Translations under genes and position numbers: made by a program | The notes under the pieces: model-generated | What the model saw: only the letters and a program-made list of their open reading frames with translations | Database searches by the model: none | What the model was told of the DNA's origin: nothing | Shown: positions 1 through 7,900 of the stretch, in pieces | Numbering within the stretch: position 1 is the stretch's first letter | How the letters are laid out: each line of letters opens with the position of its first letter | Source of the DNA: an archaeon | GTDB taxonomy: Archaea > Iainarchaeota > Iainarchaeia > Iainarchaeales > JAAZKV01 | Reading direction: 5' to 3' | DNA length: 10,458 bases | Assembly (NCBI GenBank): GCA_036170245.1 | Contig: JAVHOV010000020.1 | Span: 1 to 10,458, forward strand

Positions 1-3000
1 GGTGCAACAAGTTCAATTTCTTTTGCACTATCTTTTGAATTTGGTGCAGTACATTCTCTTACTTTTATTGTTGTTGATCTTGACTTTTCATCAGTAAGTA
101 TTGAGCCTGAATATAATTTTATTCCAAATGGCTTTGAAGAAATCAAAGTTTGACTCATTTGAGTTACCCCGTTTACTACAATTTCATATTTCTCTCTTCG
201 CACTGATGGAGATGCAGTTGTAATTGATAGAGGAACTTTTACTGCAGCGTTTGGCATTATCAAAACTTGTGGAACGTAAAGCATTACTGAACTTGAGATT
301 GGAACTACTCCGCCGTAAGTGTTTGTAGCTGGCTTGTAATCAGCAGGTGTTGCTCCTGAAAGCATTACTGCTTCTGCGCAAGTATTTGTAACTGTAATCA
401 TTTTTCCGATTTGCACTCCTGCATCAGGGAACATGTATGGGTCGCTCATTGAATCAGCTAAAGAAGCTTTAAGACAATTGTATCCTGAGTACATTGCAAG
501 TACTTTTATTACTCCAAGCACTCTGTTTGTGTTAGCATAACTTGAAAGTGTTGAAGTAGAAGGAGCGTAAGTTGAGAGCCCATACCCCATGTTTAGTCCA
601 TATGCATTATTAGTGTATTGAGTGTTAGTGTATTGGTTACTGTATTGAGTACCGTATGTGCTATTACCATATTGATTATTGTACTGGTCATAATATTGGT
701 ATCTATCGTACTGTGCAGCTTTGTTGTTTAAATTTCCAAATCTTCCAGTAATTTCTATTACACTTTCTACAGGCTCAGTTATCTTTGAATTAGCTGTAGC
801 AAATAATACTTTTGCAGGAGTTATGGATTGTCCTCTTTCAAGACTTACTGATCCGCTTGGCTGTATTTCAAGTTTTACATTGCTTGCAGTATAATTAGAA
901 CTTTGTGACAAGGAAATATTTTCAATTGGGAATGCAGAAATGTTTGTAATAAATAGCGGCTGGGCAGCTGTTGCTTTGTCCTTAATAGCCCCTTGTGCAA
1001 GGTAAAGGGTTACTTGTGCAGGGTAGCTTAGAGCTAAATTCGGATTCATTAGTTTTACAGTTACACTAATTGTTTTCTTCAAGTAATTTGAATCGTAAAT
1101 CAAATCAAATGCATAAACTTCGTCTCTTACTCTTTCTACTCCGTTGTATGCAGTTATGGTTAGTTCTTTTATTTCGCCTGGCTGTAAATCCAAAACATCT
1201 TCAGCATCAAGCTGTATTGCACTCATTTTTGTTTTTGATCGTATAGTTTTCTTCAGTGTTATTGCTTGATCACAATTGTTTGTTAATTCTATTGCAGCAG
1301 AATCGCTTGTGCCTTCATTTCCAATTAAATTTATTACTGCAGTGCTGTCATCAACTTTGAGGCATGTTGAATCCAATTTTCTGTTATAAACCATATGTAT
1401 TTCTGAACTTATTTTTGCAAGGAACTGGCCTTCAACTAAACCTGAAATAGTTATTGTAGCAGTTTCATCTGCAGAGTCATTGTCTTCGCCATTAAAAGTA
1501 ACTATTATTGGAACGCTTTGTTTTTGATTTGCAGATAGTGCAGAAGGAACATCAGCATTTATTCTGAAACTCCCTGCAATTATTTCGTCCCCAGTGTTGT
1601 AATCCAGTTCAGTTTGGTTGTCAGAAGTTTCTCCTGTTACATCCACTGCAATATTTTGGATTACAAAGTCAGAGTTGTTTGTAAGTATTTGGTCAAGCGA
1701 AATTAATTTCTGCCCTTGAGGCATTTTTACTTCAATAGTTTCTGGGAATGAGAATACATTTCTAGTTGTAATTAATAGAGGTATAGTGTTTGTTGCAAAG
1801 CTTGGCGCACTTACTTCTACAGTGTACAATCCAACACTTAAGTTATTTGTAACTCTGTAATATCCGTCTTTTCCTTTTCCATCAGTGTTATCCCCAATAA
1901 TTGTTTTAACAGTTTTTCCTTCTTTGTCAAGTATTTTTATTAAAGCGTTAGTCATGCTGACTAATCCTGAGTCAGTTACTTTTACAGAAAAATTCTTTCC
2001 TACAATTACTTGGTCTTCAGACAATTCAACTAAAAGTGTTTTTTCATCCACTACTTTGAAATTCAATTCTTTTTGAACGCTTGCTTTTCCAGTAACATCA
2101 ACAGTTATTTTTGCAGCACCTATTTCTTCAGCAGTAAAATAAAATCTTGCTTTTTGTTTTCCTTCTTTTGCAACTGAAAGTGCAATGCTTGCATTTTTCT
2201 TAGCACTTGTGCTGCTTGCTTGTTCTCTTGCAAAGTACATTGTGCCTGTTTGTGTTGAATCAAAATTAAGGTTAGTGTCAGAGCTTGCACTTACTTGAAC
2301 ATAATCTTGTTCCATTGAAGTTACTTCTACTTCAACAGCATATAATTTTCCTCTTAGCGCTTCAAACTTATCAGCATTAAGAAGATTTTCTGAAGAATCA
2401 ATGAAGTTTGTTGTAACGCAAATAGTATCAGTACAATCTGGGAGGGATTCGTATAGAGTCAAATCCTGTGTTGAAGTTGCAGCGTATAATCCTGATTTAA
2501 TATCAGTGTATCCTTTTGTTCCAAGATCTTCATCAATTGGAGCTCTGTAATATTCTTCTCCAACAATTGCCCAAGTTCTGTATTTGAGTTGCACTTTTCC
2601 AGGAGTGAAATCTTCTACACGCAATTTTACTTTTACAGTGTAAGTTCCTTTTGGCTGAACTATTGTTCCTTCAATCCACTTGCTTTTTTCTCCTTGGCTT
2701 AAAGAATTTGCTCTGTCGATTGCTTCGTTTCCAGGAGCTGGAGTTGGTGTGTATGAAGTAGAATATTCTACACTAGCATTTTGCATACTAAAATCATATA
2801 ATCCAATTTTTTCACTTTCTGCGAGAGGAGTGCTGTCAGAGCCTGCCCTAAAATTTATTCCAGCTTTGCTTGCTGCGCGTGGATAATTTACACTAAACTT
2901 TGCCCAGTAAAATGCACCAGGAGTAATTCCTTGTACTGTATCTCCATTTTCATTTTCAATTCCTATAAACTGAACTATTGGAGTAAGTGAAGCAGAATCT

Positions 3001-4793
3001 TTGTTGTATACAATTACTTCAACGTATGTTTTTCCTTTTATTATTACATTTTCAGTGAAAGTGTTTTGATCAGGAAGTGTTACAACTACTTCAACAGTTT
3101 CTCTTTGTTCTCCGTCAAAGTATATGCTTCCTAAGTAAATATTTTCATCATAAAGCGTTGTTGCATCAAGTCCGTTAACAACTGCAGTTCCTACTATATC
3201 TTTTCCGAATACATCTAAAAATTTCATTTCAATTACATTTACTTTTTTCTGCATGTTCAAATATACTTTTTTGTCCATGTCGCCTTTTGCAAGTTCAACT
3301 GTGGCACTAGCTTCAAACGCAGTGCTGTACCCATTTACTTGGTAAGTTTTTTCTGTAGGAACAATCGCACTAACGTATCCTGCAAAACTAGTTTGTAAAA
3401 GGGGTAATCCGCTTGGAACAATGTTCCCGTCAACAATTTCATTTACTATTACATTTATTCCGTTTAATGCATTTCCCTTAGCATCAATTGAGTAAATATC
3501 AAGTCTTGCAGAATTTGTTGCACTTACTTTTGTCAATAATATTTTTACTTCTTCAGTGCTGCTTACAGCAACTTTTTGTACTGCTGGAAGATATCCGTCA
3601 AGGTAAGCTGCAATGTAAACTGTTTCAGTTGGATCAAGACCCGTAAAATCAATTCCATTTACTGTTGTTACTTGACTTGCAAATAGAGATAAATCGCTGT
3701 TGAATATTTGTACTGTTGCTCCTTCTAAAGACAAACCTAAACTTGAATCATTAACTGAAACATGTAAATTCTGTCCACCCTGTTCAAGAGTAATATTAAT
3801 TTGTTTTTCTTTTTCTCTTATTGTTACTCCATCTCCAGTCTTATCAGAATCATAAGTTAAGTATCCTTCTTTTTCTGCTGTGATTCTAAGTGGAATACCT
3901 GCAGTAATTGAAGCAACAAGTGTTCCATTTCTAGTAAAATCACTGACTTCAATTGTGCTGTTTTGTTTGTTGTAAACAGTTACTTTTACATCGTTGATTA
4001 ATTTTTCATCAATTCCTTTTACGCTGATTCCAACAGCTGCTTTTCCAACGTAAGATTGTGTTGAGGGATCAAGCTGTATTTCTTTCACCTGTCCGCTCAA
4101 AAAAGAAATTGTCTGCTGATAATCATTATATCCTTCAGCAGTTACTTTTAGTATTAAATCTTCTCCGGAAGGAATTCCTGTTTTTGTGTAAAAACTATTA
4201 TTGTCTTCGATTAATTCGTAACTCAAATCAGAAGAACTAACAATTACTGTCGCATCATTTACAACTGTTTTTGTTTCCTTGTCAACTAATCTTACTTTTG
4301 CTTCAATTGAAACAAAATCTTTGCTGAACCTTATTCTCGGAGAATTATTATTCTCCCCGATTGTAAATTCTAGAGAAGTAGGTTGATAACCTGTTTTTTC
4401 TGCAGTAATATAAATTTTATCCGAAGTATAAAGTGCCCTGCCCAAAGCAATTTTTTGTCCATCGCTCGCTGTCCCTTTGTATAACTCAAGTCCTTGCTTG
4501 TCTGTTATTGTTAAAGCTACTCCGGTAAGTGCTTTTCCATCAGAATCTTTTAAAGATAAAGTCAACTGCCCTACATCAGGGCCTTGGTAAGTAAATATAA
4601 CTGCCAAAGCTATGAGTATAATTAGTAAAACTGATAAAGTTACTACAAAACTAGGTATTCCTTTATTCTCAAAAAAATCAGAATAAGTGTAAACAGGAAG
4701 GCCTTTTCCGTCAAGGAAATCAAGCAAGTCGAAGTATTTATCCTCAGCTTTATTGTAAATTGCCGCTAATTTTTCTGAAATCAACAAACCCAC
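1..4793 (-). CDS. Giant N-terminally anchored cell-surface protein (about 1,597 aa in window, 3' end truncated) with carboxypeptidase-regulatory-like and Ig-like beta-sandwich repeats
   Basis: Hand translation shows an uninterrupted minus-strand frame from GTG 4793 (alternative TTG starts at 4787 and 4784; in-frame TGA at 4794-4796) to the window edge, ending ...VRECTAPNSKDSAKEIELVA. The N-terminus ISEKLAAIYNKAEDKYFDLLDFLDGKGLPVYTYSDFFENKGIPSF is followed by a TM helix (VVTLSVLLIILIALAVIF, ~4593-4649). Repeats end in ITAEKTGY, VTAEGY, ITAEKEGY and IAAYLDGY, and there are many N-x-S/T sequons. It is probably absent from the ORF track because its stop lies outside the window. Confidence 0.93.
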   Translation of the reverse strand, partial: MGLLISEKLAAIYNKAEDKYFDLLDFLDGKGLPVYTYSDFFENKGIPSFVVTLSVLLIILIALAVIFTYQGPDVGQLTLSLKDSDGKALTGVALTITDKQGLELYKGTASDGQKIALGRALYTSDKIYITAEKTGYQPTSLEFTIGENNNSPRIRFSKDFVSIEAKVRLVDKETKTVVNDATVIVSSSDLSYELIEDNNSFYTKTGIPSGEDLILKVTAEGYNDYQQTISFLSGQVKEIQLDPSTQSYVGKAAVGISVKGIDEKLINDVKVTVYNKQNSTIEVSDFTRNGTLVASITAGIPLRITAEKEGYLTYDSDKTGDGVTIREKEKQINITLEQGGQNLHVSVNDSSLGLSLEGATVQIFNSDLSLFASQVTTVNGIDFTGLDPTETVYIAAYLDGYLPAVQKVAVSSTEEVKILLTKVSATNSARLDIYSIDAKGNALNGINVIVNEIVDGNIVPSGLPLLQTSFAGYVSAIVPTEKTYQVNGYSTAFEASATVELAKGDMDKKVYLNMQKKVNVIEMKFLDVFGKDIVGTAVVNGLDATTLYDENIYLGSIYFDGEQRETVEVVVTLPDQNTFTENVIIKGKTYVEVIVYNKDSASLTPIVQFIGIENENGDTVQGITPGAFYWAKFSVNYPRAASKAGINFRAGSDSTPLAESEKIGLYDFSMQNASVEYSTSYTPTPAPGNEAIDRANSLSQGEKSKWIEGTIVQPKGTYTVKVKLRVEDFTPGKVQLKYRTWAIVGEEYYRAPIDEDLGTKGYTDIKSGLYAATSTQDLTLYESLPDCTDTICVTTNFIDSSENLLNADKFEALRGKLYAVEVEVTSMEQDYVQVSASSDTNLNFDSTQTGTMYFAREQASSTSAKKNASIALSVAKEGKQKARFYFTAEEIGAAKITVDVTGKASVQKELNFKVVDEKTLLVELSEDQVIVGKNFSVKVTDSGLVSMTNALIKILDKEGKTVKTIIGDNTDGKGKDGYYRVTNNLSVGLYTVEVSAPSFATNTIPLLITTRNVFSFPETIEVKMPQGQKLISLDQILTNNSDFVIQNIAVDVTGETSDNQTELDYNTGDEIIAGSFRINADVPSALSANQKQSVPIIVTFNGEDNDSADETATITISGLVEGQFLAKISSEIHMVYNRKLDSTCLKVDDSTAVINLIGNEGTSDSAAIELTNNCDQAITLKKTIRSKTKMSAIQLDAEDVLDLQPGEIKELTITAYNGVERVRDEVYAFDLIYDSNYLKKTISVTVKLMNPNLALSYPAQVTLYLAQGAIKDKATAAQPLFITNISAFPIENISLSQSSNYTASNVKLEIQPSGSVSLERGQSITPAKVLFATANSKITEPVESVIEITGRFGNLNNKAAQYDRYQYYDQYNNQYGNSTYGTQYSNQYTNTQYTNNAYGLNMGYGLSTYAPSTSTLSSYANTNRVLGVIKVLAMYSGYNCLKASLADSMSDPYMFPDAGVQIGKMITVTNTCAEAVMLSGATPADYKPATNTYGGVVPISSSVMLYVPQVLIMPNAAVKVPLSITTASPSVRREKYEIVVNGVTQMSQTLISSKPFGIKLYSGSILTDEKSRSTTIKVRECTAPNSKDSAKEIELVA
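540..728 (-). repeat. Tyr/Gln/Asn/Gly/Ser/Thr-rich low-complexity coding tract with QY repeats
   Basis: Translation NNKAAQYDRYQYYDQYNNQYGNSTYGTQYSNQYTNTQYTNNAYGLNMGYGLSTYAPSTSTLSS; GTATTG (CAATAC = Gln-Tyr) recurs three times at 615-647. Confidence 0.85.
3000..4575 (-). repeat. About 6 tandem carboxypeptidase-regulatory-like (prealbumin-like) beta-sandwich domains in the giant ORF
   Basis: Roughly 80-90 aa units that start like LKDSDGKALTGVALTI, LVDKETKTVVNDATVIV, VNDSSLGLSLEGATVQI and IDAKGNALNGINV; the first four end in x-A-x-x-x-GY-type motifs. The last two units are degenerate. Confidence 0.65.
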
Positions 4794-4834
4794 TCACAAG
4801 CAACTAATTAACTATAAATAAGTGTCTTGCCACA

Positions 4835-4848
4835 TTAATAAACCTTTT
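4835..4848 (-). promoter_or_regulatory. Archaeal BRE + TATA promoter of the giant ORF
   Basis: The minus strand reads AAAAGG-TTTATTAA, a purine-rich BRE abutting a TATA-like box, about 40-50 nt upstream of the start codons. A weak SD-like GAGTGGG precedes TTG 4784. Confidence 0.55.
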
Positions 4849-4861
4849 GAAAGTATCCTAG

Positions 4862-4920
4862 AAAAACTAAAAAAGGTTTTTTTAAGAATTAGTTTTATAA
4901 AAAAGTTATTTTTATTAAAA
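4862..4920 (-). terminator. Oligo-T tracts, probable archaeal intrinsic terminator of the 1551-aa gene
   Basis: Downstream of the TAA the minus strand reads ...AACTTTTTTATAAAAC...CCTTTTTTAGTTTTTC. Confidence 0.35.
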
Positions 4921-4925
4921 GACAG

Positions 4926-7900
4926 TTATCTTGTTGCACTTGGGAGCATAACATCGTTGGAATCTGTTGAATATTCGTTAAGATCCGTGTTAGATCTGAC
5001 AAGTAAATTGCCAAATCCATCCCCTTTGTAAGTCATTTGGGTAGGAATAAAACTCATTTCAGTTAAATATGCAGTACCAGTATAACCTCCCCCAAAAGGA
5101 GTATACCTGCAAGACTCATAACAAGGCACCATATTATTTATTCTTGTAAATTCATCGCCGGAAGATATACTTTTTGCAATAAACACTTTACCCCACCCGT
5201 AAGCAGTTACATAACTTGTAGTACCCATGTCTGCATCCCCTGTTCCACCGTATGCTGTTGTAGTATTTGGGTTGTTAAAACATCCAGGAACATTTCCGCA
5301 TGAAGGATCGCTTGCAACATAAACATCATGAAGCGCTCCCGCAAGCACTACCCAGAATACATTTCCACTCGGAACTGAACGAAATACACTAGGAACATTC
5401 CTTAAAGCATAATCATTTTCATCATAAATAGGAATAATTTCTTTTGAATCATAATTAGGCGCAACAAATTTGATGTACTCATGTTTTCCTCCGCTCTTTA
5501 TTAGGAAGAAAATATTTCCATCATCACTCGCAAAGTCAACTGGGTTTTGTTTGTAAACATTATTGTATTTTCCATTTGTAATATAAGTATCGCTTGATGC
5601 AGTGATTGGAAGTAATCTTGCTTTATCCAAAATGCACCCATCATTATCCCCAAGTTGTGTAATGCAAGGAATAATGTTTCCGTTTTCATCTTCAGTTAGC
5701 AAAGTATCAGCATTGCATGAACTTTTCTTGAATGGAATTCTAAATACCCAAACTTCCCCGTTCTGTATTTTCTTAATGTAAAATGACTGACTGACTTCAT
5801 CTTTCACAGGACTAGAATAATTTTCATTATAAGGGCAATTGAATATTTGCAGAGGATCAATTTCAACCGGAGGAGCTTTGACATTGACACAATTTCTATT
5901 AATTATTTGGCAGTTGCTGCAACTCAAAGTTCCTGAATTGAATCCATATGTTGCACAATTTTTTCCATTCAAATTGCTTCCTTCACACTGTTCAGTTCCT
6001 TCAATAATATTATTTCCGCAAGTCTGTGTAGGAGTAGCAGGAGTGCTTACACAAGAATTAGTATCAACTCTGCAGTCAACACACTTTAGATTTCCAGAAG
6101 CAAATCCAAAGTCAATACAAGTTGCTCCATCAAAGTTAGATGCATCACAATCTTCATTTCCTTCTATTTTTCCGTTTCCGCAGACAGAAGTTGGTTCAAC
6201 TGGTTTATTGAAATCAATAGGAGGAACAAAAGCATTAAAGCACCCACTCTTATTTAGCTGGCAATTTACACAAAATAATTTTCCTGAATCAAATCCAAAA
6301 GTTGCACAGCTCAATCCATTAAAATTATTTCCATCGCACTTTTCTTTCTCATCAATTTTACCGTTTCCGCAAAGAGGAACAACAATAGGAATTACAATTG
6401 GTTTAGGGAATTTTGCAAGGCAAGCTTCTCTTTGACTTTCTGTAGGAATAGGCAAACAATAATTTCTATCCATATAATACTCAGCCAAATTTCTCAAAGA
6501 AAAAGACAAAGAATAATCATCCATTCTTTTGTTTAAAATATTTGAAATATTTTGGTTTGAATAAATTACTTTACCATCATCAACTAATTTGATACAAGCA
6601 AGACCAGAATAATAATCCTTATTTAAAATATTATGACAAAAATTCAAATCAACAAAATAATCTGCTAGTTTAGTGTAAATAATCCCTGTATCTTTACTAC
6701 TCAAACCTAAAGTAGAAACATAATTCAAAGCTTCATTTGAAGTTAAACCATTTATTTTATCCCAGCCAATTACACAATCAGCTAAATCTATAGGATAACC
6801 ACTCCAAAAAGAACAATTCTCTAAAGCATAACCACCAAAAGTAGCACCATTACTTGGAACAGTACTTGCGCTCGCAACAGAGGAAGGAACTTTGTTTATT
6901 GCAAACACAATCTTTGGGTCCCCCACAGCAGTACTAGAAATCTGGTTTGAATAAGTAAAAGAAACTGGTTTTCCAATATTCTCAAACGCAACAGGAATCT
7001 TTGTAATTGATTGACCCTTTACCAAAAATGCAAACTCATTTGACTTTCTGATTAAATTATCTCCAAAAGAAGTTACATAAACCCCATTTAAATTATAATC
7101 AAATCCAATATTGTTGAATTTAGTTACCTTGCCGCCATCATCAACATTAATCAGCAAATTATTATTTATAGAATTTATTTCCAATTCATTTTTACTCCAA
7201 TTTAATTTAGTCAAAATTAAAGCTTTATTAGAATCATAAACTGATATTGAAGACAATTTATTCTCAAAATAATTAAAATTGTAACTTAAAACATTTTCAT
7301 TCTCAGAAGAATAAATTATCTTTACTATTTCTTCCCCATCATAAATAAATAATTTTTCAAATTTACCAAATTTGATTTTGCTTAAATTGTTGTTTTCATA
7401 AAAATAATAAATTACATTTGATGAATTCAAATCAAATTTGTCTAAATCATCTCTATTATAATCAAAATCTAAAAGCACAATTTTGTCAAGCAAAAACTCT
7501 TTCCCAACTTTTTTGTAAAATTCAGTCCCATAAGGATAATTTAGACTAAAACCATTTTTGGGCACTGGTTGATTCAAATTTACTTCTCCAGTTGAAGTAA
7601 CTAGAACTAATTTATTATTACTCAAGTAAGCAAACGGAGTAAATGTTATCACTTTAGGAGAAGAAAAAGAACTTGTAAAACTTTTTGTGGTTGACAAATA
7701 AACATTATCAATAAGCTGAACAAATAACCCTCCGTCAATAGAATTAACTTCACCCACCAAAGAAAATCCTGCAGCTCCGCCAGAAAAAGTGAAAAAAGGT
7801 CCGTAAATTCCGCCCAGTCCGTAATATTCATTTGACGTTTGCGTACTAGATCCGCTGTTTGAAAAGAACCATGTAAAAAAATCTGTTAGTGAAGAACCTT

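Noticed and set aside
600..720. Short nucleotide repeats as a CRISPR array or DGR repeat
   Set aside because: The repeats are short, imperfect and codon-phased; there is no repeat-spacer structure, no near-identical TR/VR pair and no cas or reverse transcriptase gene in the window.
1885..4240. Short plus-strand ORFs 1885-2076, 2680-2886 and 4058-4240
   Set aside because: All lie antisense within the continuous giant minus-strand ORF and show no recognisable features.
4865..4920. A/T inverted repeats as a bacterial rho-independent hairpin terminator
   Set aside because: The stems are A/T-only and imperfect, as expected by chance in AT-rich DNA; only the oligo-T tracts were kept, at low confidence.
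4929..4950. C-terminal LPSAT as an LPxTG-like or CTERM sorting motif
   Set aside because: No following TM helix or basic tail, and archaeosortases are unrelated to LPxTG sortases.
4822..5031. 69-aa plus-strand ORF across the intergenic region
   Set aside because: It overlaps the 3' end of the 1551-aa gene and the promoter/terminator tracts; the K/F/L-rich translation reflects A/T runs.
5839..6435. 198-aa plus-strand ORF
   Set aside because: Antisense shadow of the Cys-repeat region; its periodicity mirrors the minus-strand repeats and it has no independent motif.
5501..7831. Short alternative-frame minus-strand ORFs 5501-5689 and 7649-7831 (considered as nested immunity genes or frameshift products)
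   Set aside because: About 60 aa, nested out of frame, without motifs; the main frame is intact, so no frameshift is needed.
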